Assembly (NCBI GenBank): GCA_004297735.1
Contig: SCTI01000002.1
Coordinates: 256,160 to 320,159 of the forward strand
Source of the DNA: Patescibacteria group bacterium
Lineage (GTDB): Bacteria; Patescibacteriota; Saccharimonadia; UBA4664; SCTI01
Length of the DNA stretch: 64,000 nucleotides
Direction: 5' to 3'
Below are positions 1 to 9,313 of the stretch, one piece after another. Below the pieces are notes generated by a model. The model ran no database searches, was not told the DNA's origin, and saw nothing but the letters and a program-made list of their open reading frames with translations. Each line of letters opens with the position of its first letter. The stretch's first letter is position 1. The position numbers were made by a program, and so were the translations under genes.

Positions 1-296
1 ACGCGATCGGATACCGGGGTAAGCTCGCCCTCGGCGTCCCCAGTGGAGCTGTTTGCTCCAAGCTGGATGGTCGCGCGGTAACACTTGTCTAGCTTTAAAA
101 ATCGATCGGCCTGCTTGGTGGCGGCACCAATTAATACAATCATCAAACCGGTCGCCATCGGGTCGAGCGTACCAGCGTGGCCGGCTTTAGCTACTCCGCC
201 CTCACGACGAAGGTGGCGGATTACGTCAAACGAGGTGATACCTTGCGGCTTATCAACCAGTAAAATTCCTGCTTGATCCGAGTGATTAGCTACCAC
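1..296 (-). CDS. truB: tRNA pseudouridine(55) synthase TruB, N-terminal part (gene continues beyond window start)
   Basis: Minus-strand translation gives ...LLVDKPQGITSFDVIRHLRRE...GHAGTLDPMATGLMIVLIGAATK..., matching the TruB N-terminus and its GHxGTLDP motif. No in-frame ATG was found, so the start may be GTG at 296-294 (uncertain). The plus-strand ORF 85-276 is the wrong-strand reading of the same DNA. Confidence 0.8.
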   Translation of the reverse strand, partial: MVANHSDQAGILLVDKPQGITSFDVIRHLRREGGVAKAGHAGTLDPMATGLMIVLIGAATKQADRFLKLDKCYRATIQLGANSSTGDAEGELTPVSDR

Positions 297-1663
297 GGTA
301 AGCGGTTGGCAAATACTGGATTATTGGTTGGATTGGCTGAAACGTGGTGGGCAGCAGGTTGCGCGGCCGGATTATCCGGAGCGGCCTGATTGGTGACGGT
401 TGGAGCGGGCTCGCTACCGTTAATCAACGGCTCGGGCTGCGAACTGGCCTGAACCAGCTCCTGGATTGCCTGGCTTACCGCCGCTGGCTCCGAGGGTGCC
501 ACTTCAGGGTCGGTAACTACCGGTGCCTCAGGGTCAATTGCGGTATCGGCCGGGGGGTGAATAATTTCTAGCTCTGGGGCGGGTTCAAAGGCAGCAGCCG
601 GCTGAACCGGCTCAGGCAAAATCGGCTGGGCTGGTACCGTGGGGGCTACCGGCTCAGGAGTGGCTAAAATACGGGGCGGCTCAACCACCGGCTCTTCGGG
701 GTTAACTGGCTGGGTTTGGCTAGCCATTTGGGGAGCGTCATGGACTGGAGCTTCAACTGGCTGAGCAATCGGCTTTGGCGACTGAATAGGCTGCTCGACC
801 TTAGCTATAGGAGCCTGAACCGGCTGAGTCGGTTTTTGACTCCCCTGCTGAGCTCGAACCGAACCTTGCCCCTGCCTGGTGCGGCTATCGCTTTTATCGC
901 CCTTATCCTGTCGATACAGGCCACGGACCACAGTTTGTTGATCGGCGCCCATTGCCATCATCTGGGCGGCAACAGTTAGCGCTTTGCTGGTGGTATGGGT
1001 AGCGGTAAACCGATCGGTACTGGCCATGATGCCGGCTAGTATGGTGGTGGCAATTGGCTGATCAATCAATCCAGTCTGAAGTGACTCAGACAAAGCTACC
1101 AGAATCTCGCCCAGACCGGCAGCGGTGGCGTCAATTAAGTTGACTGCGCCATACTGCTCGTTGCTACGGTGGTAGTCGATATTAACAATTGGGATATGCT
1201 GTAGAACCGCTTGGTTTTGCGCAAACACTTTATCGATGCGAGCATACGAGGCCACTCCCAGCACAACGATTAAGTCATAGTGGAAGTCGCCATAATCAAA
1301 ACTTACATCTTGAGCCGAAAAGCCACCGGCAAACGGCGAAACGTAAATGTTGAGCTTACCATCCTCAACCATCCACTTAAGCGTATCGACCTCTCCCCGA
1401 TCCAGGCCAATTCGTAAGATAAAATCACGCAAGCCATCAAGGTTTTGCTCTAAATAAGGGCGGGGTAGAAAACGGGCGCCAGCTGGAACCTCATCGCTAA
1501 CAACGGTGGTAACCTTCTTGCCAAACTTGCGCAGCACAGCACCTAGCGCCACGGTTGATGCAACCTGGTCGATTGAGGGACGTTGGCCGGTTAAGATTAA
1601 AATGCTATCGGCCTGGCGGATCGCCTCAGAAGTCTGTTGTTTGGGGGTTAATTCTCTATCCAT
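290..1663 (-). CDS. DHH-family phosphoesterase (NrnA-like nanoRNase/pAp phosphatase) with long Pro/Gln/Ala-rich C-terminal tail
   Basis: The DHH/DHHA1 core is visible (LILTGQRPSIDQVASTVALGAVLRK..., NIDYHRSNEQYGAVNLID...). Start is taken at the internal ATG (MDRELTPKQQ, 1663) rather than the ORF-track start at 1750. The C-terminal ~230 aa is low-complexity and proline-rich (PEPVAPTVPAQPILPEPVQP...). Confidence 0.7.
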   Translation of the reverse strand: MDRELTPKQQTSEAIRQADSILILTGQRPSIDQVASTVALGAVLRKFGKKVTTVVSDEVPAGARFLPRPYLEQNLDGLRDFILRIGLDRGEVDTLKWMVEDGKLNIYVSPFAGGFSAQDVSFDYGDFHYDLIVVLGVASYARIDKVFAQNQAVLQHIPIVNIDYHRSNEQYGAVNLIDATAAGLGEILVALSESLQTGLIDQPIATTILAGIMASTDRFTATHTTSKALTVAAQMMAMGADQQTVVRGLYRQDKGDKSDSRTRQGQGSVRAQQGSQKPTQPVQAPIAKVEQPIQSPKPIAQPVEAPVHDAPQMASQTQPVNPEEPVVEPPRILATPEPVAPTVPAQPILPEPVQPAAAFEPAPELEIIHPPADTAIDPEAPVVTDPEVAPSEPAAVSQAIQELVQASSQPEPLINGSEPAPTVTNQAAPDNPAAQPAAHHVSANPTNNPVFANRLPW

Positions 1664-1793
1664 AGTGAAACTCACAAGATTACATATCTTATCAGATATA
1701 GGCCTTTTTGTCAACAGATATATTGTTCTTATGGTTGGGACACAAATCAACCTCTTTACAGGTCGATGTTTTTAGCGTATAGTTCTTCGAGTT

Positions 1794-2156
1794 ATGCCAA
1801 TTATTAAATCTGCAATGAAACGAGTACGACAGGCCGCCAAGCGGCGCAGTCGTAACCTGCAAATCAAGCGGGCGGTCCATCAGGACGTTCGTAGTCTTAA
1901 GGATGCAGTGGCAAGTGAAGACTCTAAACAGACCACCGAGGCTCTACGACAAGCAATTTCTGAGATTGACCGAGCGGTTAAAAAGGGTGTGCTCCACAAA
2001 AACACCGCGGCTCGGCGTAAATCGCAATTAACCAAGCTATCAAACACGGTTGCTAAGCCGGTAAAAGCCAAGGCAACTGCCAAGGCCAAGCCAAAGGCTA
2101 CTGCAGCCGCCAAGCCGGCCGCCAAAAAGCCCGCTACCAAGAAAGCCGCTAAATAG
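1794..2156 (+). CDS. rpsT: 30S ribosomal protein S20 with Lys/Ala-rich C-terminal extension
   Basis: The N-terminus MPIIKSAMKRVRQAAKRRSRNLQIKRAV is the S20 signature. The C-terminal tail AKPVKAKATAKAKPKATAAAKPAAKKPATKKAAK is histone-H1-like. Confidence 0.9.
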   Translation: MPIIKSAMKRVRQAAKRRSRNLQIKRAVHQDVRSLKDAVASEDSKQTTEALRQAISEIDRAVKKGVLHKNTAARRKSQLTKLSNTVAKPVKAKATAKAKPKATAAAKPAAKKPATKKAAK

Positions 2157-2183
2157 CGGCTTTCTTTCTGATAAACTAAAGGC

Positions 2184-2378
2184 ATGGCCCAAACCGAAGA
2201 CACCTCCGTAATTATTCATCAGCAGTGCGAAGAGCTGATCGCCCAAGTTAAACAGTTTCGAGACTACGCCACCACGCCCAACAGCACTTGGTTGGCCAAG
2301 AGTGAGCTAAACCGTATTCAAGCCTTAATTAGCGAGATCGAGCAGGTTTTGCAGCGGATTGACTCACCTGCTTCATAA
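2184..2378 (+). CDS. small hypothetical protein (64 aa, helical)
   Basis: The ATG is preceded by AAAGG. The gene is convergent with holA and overlaps its 3' end by about 50 nt. No recognisable domain was found. Confidence 0.3.
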   Translation: MAQTEDTSVIIHQQCEELIAQVKQFRDYATTPNSTWLAKSELNRIQALISEIEQVLQRIDSPAS

Positions 2379-3303
2379 GGGCGGCCACGTCGGTAATTAA
2401 GCGCTCAATTAAAGCATCTGGCAAACCATCGCCGGTTTTAATCCGATACTCGGTTTCGACGGTCAGCAAAAAGGCCTGTTTTAGCTGCTGATCGCTAAAT
2501 AAATGGCGCCGAGCCAACATTTTTTCGGCGACATATGGTGACATCCCCGCTTGCTTGGCTAGCTGAGGCGCGGTTACTCTTCCGGCCGACTTGGCAAGCA
2601 AGAGATTGCGCAGCTGCCAGGTAATCATACTTAAAATATATAATTGATTATGCCCATCGGCCCGCAGCGTATGGTAGCCTTCAAGCGCCTGACTTAAGCG
2701 GCCGGCCGTAACCGCCTCAATTAAGGCAAAGACGTTGTCGTCGGGACTAGACTCAACCATCGACTCAACCGACTCAACGGTTATTGCCGGGTTATACTGG
2801 CTGAGCTTGGTCAGCTCATTATCCAGTCGCCACTGGTCATCCCCTACGATCTCTAGCAATTTACCTAAAGCTGGTCGGCTTATAGTGGCGCCAAGCTGCT
2901 CAACCCGCTGACTCACCCATCGATGCAACTGGGCGGTGGCCAAGGGCTTAAACTCCACCGACTTAGTCGCCTGCGCCTGCATCACCTTGGTGTAGCTGGT
3001 TCGCTTGTCGAGTGATGGCTCGTAAAAAACCGCTACGGTGGTACTGGGTATATCATCCAGTAATTCCGGTACCTTTGGTGCTACCGACTTATTGCCACCC
3101 ACACCCTCAATAATAGCTAGGCGACTGGCTGCTAAAAATGGAACCGCCTGCAATGACGCTCGTAGCTGAGCCATCGTAACGGTACGGCCATCAATACGCT
3201 CAATGCCTAAGTTGCTACCGGTCTTAGACTCGTACTGCGCCACAAGCTTAGCCAGCTGCTGCCGCGCCTCGTAGCTATTAGACCCGTAAAAAAACAAGAT
3301 CAT
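2329..3303 (-). CDS. holA: DNA polymerase III subunit delta
   Basis: The N-terminus MILFFYGSNSYEARQQL matches the HolA start motif. Length (324 aa) and the helical C-terminal region fit, and the gene overlaps mutM by 4 nt. Confidence 0.8.
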   Translation of the reverse strand: MILFFYGSNSYEARQQLAKLVAQYESKTGSNLGIERIDGRTVTMAQLRASLQAVPFLAASRLAIIEGVGGNKSVAPKVPELLDDIPSTTVAVFYEPSLDKRTSYTKVMQAQATKSVEFKPLATAQLHRWVSQRVEQLGATISRPALGKLLEIVGDDQWRLDNELTKLSQYNPAITVESVESMVESSPDDNVFALIEAVTAGRLSQALEGYHTLRADGHNQLYILSMITWQLRNLLLAKSAGRVTAPQLAKQAGMSPYVAEKMLARRHLFSDQQLKQAFLLTVETEYRIKTGDGLPDALIERLITDVAALMKQVSQSAAKPARSR

Positions 3304-4190
3304 GGTCGCCAGCCCCGTGGTGGTTTTTGGCAGACCGTGCAGTAATGCGTCCCCCTGCCGGCCACTCGAGTTTTAATGATAACGGTGCCGCAGACTGGGC
3401 AGGTTAAGCCCTGGCGCCTAAAGACCCGAGCGTGATGCAAGTAATCGCCGGTGCCGCCAAGCGCATTAACGTAGTTGGTAAAACTGGTACCACCATGTTC
3501 AACCCCAAGAGCAATAATGGTCTTAATGGCCTCATAGAGGCGCTTAATCTGTACCGGCTTAAGGTCTGCGGCTAATGTAGCAGGATGAATTTTAGCTAAA
3601 TGGAGCGACTCATCAGCATAAATATTACCCACACCAGCCACCACCGACTGGTCTAAAATCACCGCTTTAATGGGTGACTTTGGTCGTCGTGCAAGGGTTT
3701 GCGAGAAACCTTTTAGCTCAAACTTTTCGGTTAATGGCTCCGGACCAAGGCGAGCGATGAGCGTATCGTTTAACACCTCCGAATTGGGTACCAATTTTAC
3801 CCAACCAAAGATGCGCTGGTCGTTGAAGTACAGGGTTGAGCCATCGTCTAGGCGGAAAATAATCTTGGTGCTTTTATCTGGGAGCTTATCGGCCATACTC
3901 CTGGTGGGATGTCCGCCGGCATGTCGGGCACCATCGGGGCCGACCAGTACAATTTGACCGGTCATTTTTAAGTGAAACAGCAGACTCCAGCCACTACTTA
4001 AACGCATAACTAGCACCTTGCCAAAGCGCTTAAACTCAACGATGTCTGAACCAATCGCGTGTTCATCAATTAATTCAGCGCTGGTCTGGAGCGACTTGGG
4101 GTGGAGTGATTCAACATCAACGATCCGCCGACCGATAACGGTCTGCTCAAGCCCACGACGAATTGTTTCAACTTCTGGCAACTCCGGCAT
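3300..4190 (-). CDS. mutM: formamidopyrimidine-DNA glycosylase (Fpg/MutM)
   Basis: The N-terminus MPELPEVETIRRGL carries the catalytic Pro2/Glu3 of Fpg. The C-terminus has the zinc finger CPVCGTVIIKTRVAGRGTHYCTVCQ. Confidence 0.9.
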   Translation of the reverse strand: MPELPEVETIRRGLEQTVIGRRIVDVESLHPKSLQTSAELIDEHAIGSDIVEFKRFGKVLVMRLSSGWSLLFHLKMTGQIVLVGPDGARHAGGHPTRSMADKLPDKSTKIIFRLDDGSTLYFNDQRIFGWVKLVPNSEVLNDTLIARLGPEPLTEKFELKGFSQTLARRPKSPIKAVILDQSVVAGVGNIYADESLHLAKIHPATLAADLKPVQIKRLYEAIKTIIALGVEHGGTSFTNYVNALGGTGDYLHHARVFRRQGLTCPVCGTVIIKTRVAGRGTHYCTVCQKPPRGWRP

Positions 4191-4223
4191 GGGGCTATTA
4201 TAGCTGATTATCAGGTTAGCGGG

Positions 4224-4937
4224 TTAAAACTCATCCTTGGTGTAATGGTGAGTTTCTTCGACAAAGACGCCCTTAGTACCCAGAATCATCTCCAGCTCGG
4301 TTTCAAAGCTGGTGTAGCGTTTCTCCAGCAGGCGGGCCTCATCGACGGTCATCCACTGGTTGATTCCCCCTTCGAATTTCTCGATCAGCTCGCCGCTGGA
4401 GTTGGTACAGTGCACCACAAAGAAGACCTTGTCCTCAACCGCCTCTTCCTCGCCCTCTAGATAGGCGTGCTCGTGGTAAACACCGGCAATTCGGTAGTCG
4501 GCGGCAAGGCCGGTCTCCTCGTCGAGCTCGCGGGCGGCGGTTTGGGTGATGGTCTCGCCCCAGCGCATCTTGCCCGACGGAAAGCCCCAGTAGCCGAAGT
4601 ACGGATTCTTGGTACGTTGCTGGAATAATAGCTGGGTCTTACCGTCGAGCTCACGCTCCACTGCGAGCAGTACCGCTACCTTAGGCTGGCGCTCGATGGT
4701 TTTGTTGTCGGTATCGAGCTTGTTGGCGTACTCCTTGCCCTTGTGGGTCAGGCGGTAGCGCCCCCGGTTCACCTTTTCGACTAGCTTGAGGTCAACCAGG
4801 CGGCCAATGTGAAAGTTGAAATGATCACTGGTTAAGCTGGTTGGTTTTTGCAGCTCGGCATAGGTCGCCTCAGGTACAAATAACAGCTCCCGCAAAATAC
4901 TGGTCTGGGCGTCATGGATTTTAACTTCGTGGCTCAT
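4224..4937 (-). CDS. NUDIX hydrolase with N-terminal winged-helix domain
   Basis: The NUDIX box is GKMRWGETITQTAARELDEETGL. The N-terminal ~90 aa have a wHTH-like pattern (ILRELLFVPEATYAELQK...HIGRLVDLKLVEKV). Confidence 0.75.
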   Translation of the reverse strand: MSHEVKIHDAQTSILRELLFVPEATYAELQKPTSLTSDHFNFHIGRLVDLKLVEKVNRGRYRLTHKGKEYANKLDTDNKTIERQPKVAVLLAVERELDGKTQLLFQQRTKNPYFGYWGFPSGKMRWGETITQTAARELDEETGLAADYRIAGVYHEHAYLEGEEEAVEDKVFFVVHCTNSSGELIEKFEGGINQWMTVDEARLLEKRYTSFETELEMILGTKGVFVEETHHYTKDEF

Positions 4938-5006
4938 TGGTAACTCCGCTTTGCATCTGACTGTAGCGAAGCTTACAGCCGGGCGCTAGTAAAGTCGAGT
5001 TTAGTA

Positions 5007-7724
5007 TTACAGTTCGCCCCAGTTGGTACCAACGGCGGTATCGACGGCAATCGGAACGCCAAGATCATAGACATTTTCCATGGTGTCTTTGAGGATTTTC
5101 TGAACCTTATCGGCTTGGGATTGATCGCATTCAACTATTAATTCGTCATGAATCTGGAGGAGGAGCTTGGCGCCCTCTGGCAGCTTTGGCGGCAGCGCAA
5201 TCATAGCCAGCTTCATAATGTCGGCGGCGGTACCCTGGATCGGAACGTTAACCGCTACCCTCTCGGCGGCGGTACGGATCATAAAGTTATTCGAGTTAAT
5301 ATCAGGGCATGGCCGGCGGCGACCCAGCAGAGTCTCGGTGTACTGATTTTTGCGCGCAAACTCTTTAGTCTCTTCGATGTACTTTTTGAGGTCACCACGG
5401 ATCTCAAAGTAACGCTCGATAAAGGCATTGGCCTCATCGCGAGTCATGCCGGTGGCGACCACCAGACCATGAGGACTCATACCATAGAGCACACCAAAGT
5501 TGATGGTCTTGGCGCTGTAGCGCTGTTCCTTCGTTACCTCTTCTAGTGGGATATTAGCCATCTGGGCGGCGGTTTGTTGATGAAGGTCTATTCCGTCTTT
5601 AAAAGTTTTAATCATCCCTTCATCTTTACTGAGGGCGGCGGCTACACGGAGTTCAATCTGGGAGTAGTCCGCTGAAACCAGGACACGGCCTTTGGGCGCG
5701 ACGAAGGCTTTGCGGATCTCGCGGCCGAGTTCGGTGCGAACGGGAATGTTCTGCAAATTGGGATCGTTTGAGCTGAGGCGGCCGGTTTGAGCAATGGTTT
5801 GGCTGTAACGGGTGTGCAAACGACTCTTGTCGTCGACCATGAGTGGGAGTGTATCAACATAGGTACTCTTCAGTTTGGTCAGCTCACGATATTCCGAAAT
5901 AAGTGGAATAATTTTGTGTTCGTTGCGCAGCTTTTCGAGCTCATTAGCGGCCGTGGAGTAGCCGGTCTTACCCTTTTTAACCGTGGCGGTGCTGAGTTCG
6001 AGCTTGGTGAATAAAATCTCCGAGAGCTGTGCTGGCGAGCTGATGTTAAACTCCTCCCCCGCCGCTTTCCAAATGGCTTTTTGGAGCTTATCAATCTCTT
6101 TTTCAATAGTTGAACTAAATTTTTGCAAAAAATCGGTGTTCAATTCAATGCCAGCTAGCTCCATGTCACCCAAAACCTCAATCAGCGGCCATTCGGTAGC
6201 TTCGGCCAGCTTGGTTGCACCGGCCTTTTTGAGCTGAGGCTCCATAATTTCATACAAGCGCCAGGTCATATCGGAATCCTCAGCCGCGTACGTAGTGGCC
6301 TCATCGATTGGGACGGTTGCAAAGGTGGTTTGGCTCTTACCGGTGCCAATCAGTTCGGTGATCGGTATCATCTCGATGCCGAACTCACGATAGGTCAGGT
6401 CATCCAGGGATTGTGAGCGACCAATTGGGTTTATAAGAAAGGCGGCAATCATGGTATCGAAGCTGATTGGACTGGGAGTAATGCCGTGGCGTTTAAGAAT
6501 TTTGTAATCGAACTTGGCGTTATGCGCGACTTTACCGATCTTTGGGTCCTCAAAGGGGGGCTTGAGGGCTTTGACCACTTCTTCGAGCGATAGTTGCTCG
6601 CCTTCATCGTGCCTAACCGGGATGTAATAGCCCTCTTTAGCCTTAAAACTAACTGATATGCCTACCAGTTCGGCAGTAATCTCATTAACACTGGTGGTCT
6701 CAGTGTCAAAGGCGAAAACCTTTTGCTTACTCAAATCATTCGCCAGCTGGTTAAGCTGCTCGACGGTAGTAACCTCGTGGTATTTCACCTCTTTCAGGTG
6801 ATCACGAGCCTTGGTTACCGGAGCTGCATCGTCAAACAGAGTTGGCGTGGCACTCATTTCGGGTGGGAGCTTTGAAAGCAAGCTCTTGAACTCAAGTCGG
6901 CGGAACAGGTCATGGATATGCTGACGAATATACTGCCCCACTTCGGCCGGCTTGAGGTCGAGCTCAACCGGCGCATCAAGCACAATGGTTGAGAGTTTTT
7001 GGCTAAGGTAGGCTAGGTCTTTATTCTCCTCAATCCGCTCCTTGAGCTTGCCTTTGAGTTCATGGGTGTTCTCATACACGCCATCGAGGCTGCCATATTT
7101 TGTAATTAGATCCTTGGCGGTCTTCTCCCCCACTCCTGGTACGCCCGGAATATTGTCGCTGGCATCACCCTTGAGCGCCTTCAGATCGATGAACTGCTGT
7201 GGGTCCACCCCGTACCGCTCCTTTAAGGCATCGAGGTCGTAAATCACCGTATCGGTGAAGCCTTTGCGCATGGTGTAGATCTTGGTGTTATCATCGATCA
7301 GTTGCAGCTCATCCAGGTCACCGGTGACGATAATGGTTTCAAGGCCGCGCTTTTCGGCCTGGCGACCGAGCGTGCCAATTATGTCGTCGGCCTCATACTT
7401 GTCGAGCTCAATCCAGGGCATGCCCATGGCCTCGGTAACCTCGCGGGCATACGGCATTTGCTGATACAGATCGTCGGGCTGCTTTTTACGATGAGCCTTG
7501 TACTCCGGGTAGATGTCCTTACGGAAGGTGTCGCCGGACTTGTCCCAGGTCATAATAGCGTATTTGGGTTTGAGATCGGCCAGTACCCGCAGCAAAATAG
7601 TGGTAAAGCCAAGAGTGGCGTTGGTCGGAATGCCCTCAGCGTTACTAAGTGGTGGAATAGCGTGATACCCACGGTGAAACACCGCGCTACCATCAACTAA
7701 AACTAGGCGATCTTTTTTGGCCAT
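5007..7724 (-). CDS. polA: DNA polymerase I
   Basis: The product is 905 aa. The 5'-3' exonuclease N-terminus reads LVLVDGSAVFHRGYHA, and polymerase motif A is DYSQIELRV. The C-terminus ends ...HDELIVE... Confidence 0.95.
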   Translation of the reverse strand: MAKKDRLVLVDGSAVFHRGYHAIPPLSNAEGIPTNATLGFTTILLRVLADLKPKYAIMTWDKSGDTFRKDIYPEYKAHRKKQPDDLYQQMPYAREVTEAMGMPWIELDKYEADDIIGTLGRQAEKRGLETIIVTGDLDELQLIDDNTKIYTMRKGFTDTVIYDLDALKERYGVDPQQFIDLKALKGDASDNIPGVPGVGEKTAKDLITKYGSLDGVYENTHELKGKLKERIEENKDLAYLSQKLSTIVLDAPVELDLKPAEVGQYIRQHIHDLFRRLEFKSLLSKLPPEMSATPTLFDDAAPVTKARDHLKEVKYHEVTTVEQLNQLANDLSKQKVFAFDTETTSVNEITAELVGISVSFKAKEGYYIPVRHDEGEQLSLEEVVKALKPPFEDPKIGKVAHNAKFDYKILKRHGITPSPISFDTMIAAFLINPIGRSQSLDDLTYREFGIEMIPITELIGTGKSQTTFATVPIDEATTYAAEDSDMTWRLYEIMEPQLKKAGATKLAEATEWPLIEVLGDMELAGIELNTDFLQKFSSTIEKEIDKLQKAIWKAAGEEFNISSPAQLSEILFTKLELSTATVKKGKTGYSTAANELEKLRNEHKIIPLISEYRELTKLKSTYVDTLPLMVDDKSRLHTRYSQTIAQTGRLSSNDPNLQNIPVRTELGREIRKAFVAPKGRVLVSADYSQIELRVAAALSKDEGMIKTFKDGIDLHQQTAAQMANIPLEEVTKEQRYSAKTINFGVLYGMSPHGLVVATGMTRDEANAFIERYFEIRGDLKKYIEETKEFARKNQYTETLLGRRRPCPDINSNNFMIRTAAERVAVNVPIQGTAADIMKLAMIALPPKLPEGAKLLLQIHDELIVECDQSQADKVQKILKDTMENVYDLGVPIAVDTAVGTNWGEL

Positions 7725-7745
7725 AAAGCCATTATACAGGTTAGA

Positions 7746-8075
7746 TCAGTGGTTTGGATCCGGAAGTTTATCTTCGGGGTTGTCGGTGTCGGGGTGTGGC
7801 TGATCGTGGTCAATTTCTGGTTGAGATTCGGCCACTGCGGCATCAACGGCTTCACGAGCATCTTTAATAGCCTCGCGACGAGCAATCTCTGCATTTACCT
7901 CATGTAGTTCCGCCTTAGGGTCTCGGCCCTGTAACTCGGAAACACTGCCGGGGGCATACGACTTGTCATCTTCACGCTCAGCGTTACCTGCTGCCGCCAA
8001 TGCTGCCTTTTGCTCCCAGCGAAGCTCACTTAACTTTTGTTCATCTGTAGGAAAGTTTTTTTCTGGTGTACTCAT
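7746..8075 (-). CDS. hypothetical acidic protein (109 aa)
   Basis: The ORF has a weak GGTGG SD before the ATG. It is highly acidic and predicted helical, with no recognisable domain. Confidence 0.4.
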   Translation of the reverse strand: MSTPEKNFPTDEQKLSELRWEQKAALAAAGNAEREDDKSYAPGSVSELQGRDPKAELHEVNAEIARREAIKDAREAVDAAVAESQPEIDHDQPHPDTDNPEDKLPDPNH

Positions 8076-8128
8076 GCCACCATCATACCAAAAAGGCCTG
8101 CGAAGAGCAGGGCCTAGTTGGTGGTTGA

Positions 8129-8172
8129 GGGTCCGACCTTTTGATGGGTCCGACCCGTAAAGAGGTCCGACC
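8129..8172. repeat. three tandem copies of palindromic motif GGTCCGACC (about 17-bp period) in rpoD downstream intergenic
   Basis: GGGTCCGACC begins at 8129, 8146 and 8162, and the last copy sits inside the hairpin AAGAGGTCCGACCTCTT. The same motif occurs at 21747, 29770/29787 and 30669/30686/30702. Confidence 0.6.
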
Positions 8173-8176
8173 TCTT

Positions 8177-9292
8177 TTAAGCCAGGTAGTCCTTCAACTT
8201 CTTGCTCTCGCGGTGCTTGCGCAACTTGGTCAGGGCCTTGGCCTCAATCTGACGAATACGCTCACGAGTAACGCCAAACTCTAGTCCAACCTCTTCCAGG
8301 GTATGGCCGCGACCATCCTCTAGACCAAAGCGCATGCGCAAAATCTTCTGCTCCCGCGGGGTCAGTAGGGCTAGAACGTCAGCCACCTGTTCTTTGAGCA
8401 ACTGGTTGGCGGCAATTTCGGGAGGAGTCATGTTGTCCTCGTCCTCAATAAACTCGCTCAAGCTAGAATCACCATCATCACCAACTGGCGACTCAAGCGA
8501 AACAATGTCCTGCTTAATCTTTAAGATATGGTTAACCTTTTCAACGTCCAGCTCCATCTCGGCAGCAATCTCTTCGGGCAGCGGCTCACGGCCCAGCTCC
8601 TGAGTCAGGCGACGATGGGTGCGAATCAGCTTGTTAATGGTTTCAACCATGTGAACCGGAATACGAATGGTTCGAGCCTGGTCGGCAATGGCGCGGGTTA
8701 TGGCCTGGCGAATCCACCAGGTTGCATAGGTACTGAACTTAAATCCCTTGGTGTAATCAAACTTTTCGACGGCGCGAAGCAAGCCACTCGAACCCTCTTG
8801 GATCAGGTCGAGCAGATCCAGACCGCGGCCAATATACTTCTTGGCAATTGAGACCACCAGACGGAGGTTGGCTTCAACCATGGCGTCCTTAGCGGCTTTA
8901 TCTCCCTTGGCAATTCGCTTGGCTAACTCGATCTCCTGATCGGCGGTCAGCAAAGGTACGCGACCAATTTCGCGCAAGTAAAGACGTACCGAGTCGTCGG
9001 CAATATCCTTGGCGTAATCTTCATCGGCGGCGCCTTCGGCATTCTCGCCTTCGTTGTTGTCCCAGATTAAACGATCTTTTTGATCGGTTAATTGAACGCC
9101 ATTTTCAAGCAAGGCAGCATAGAGCTCATCAAGCTCCTCAAGGTTATCTTCGGCATCCGGAAAGACCTGCGACACCTCTTGTTGGGTCACAAATCCTTGC
9201 TCTTTACCTTTTTGAATTAGTCGTTCGATTTCGGGGCTATATTTTGCATCTTTTTCTTCGGGCATGGGGGCGGGGGCGGCTTTTTTGGGCAA
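8177..9292 (-). CDS. rpoD: RNA polymerase primary sigma factor (sigma-70 family)
   Basis: Regions 2-4 are conserved ([56 protein letters not shown]), with an acidic N-terminal region. Confidence 0.95.
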   Translation of the reverse strand: MPKKAAPAPMPEEKDAKYSPEIERLIQKGKEQGFVTQQEVSQVFPDAEDNLEELDELYAALLENGVQLTDQKDRLIWDNNEGENAEGAADEDYAKDIADDSVRLYLREIGRVPLLTADQEIELAKRIAKGDKAAKDAMVEANLRLVVSIAKKYIGRGLDLLDLIQEGSSGLLRAVEKFDYTKGFKFSTYATWWIRQAITRAIADQARTIRIPVHMVETINKLIRTHRRLTQELGREPLPEEIAAEMELDVEKVNHILKIKQDIVSLESPVGDDGDSSLSEFIEDEDNMTPPEIAANQLLKEQVADVLALLTPREQKILRMRFGLEDGRGHTLEEVGLEFGVTRERIRQIEAKALTKLRKHRESKKLKDYLA

Positions 9293-9313
9293 GACAACTT
9301 CCTTTCAATATAA

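Noticed and set aside
85-276. 63-aa plus-strand ORF at the window start
   Set aside because: The opposite strand encodes a clear TruB N-terminus (LLVDKPQG...GHAGTLDP). The plus-strand ORF is just the antisense frame of truB.
5148-7700. Multiple 60-130-aa ORFs on both strands inside polA
   Set aside because: They are nested within a 905-aa gene that is unambiguously DNA polymerase I, so they are spurious.
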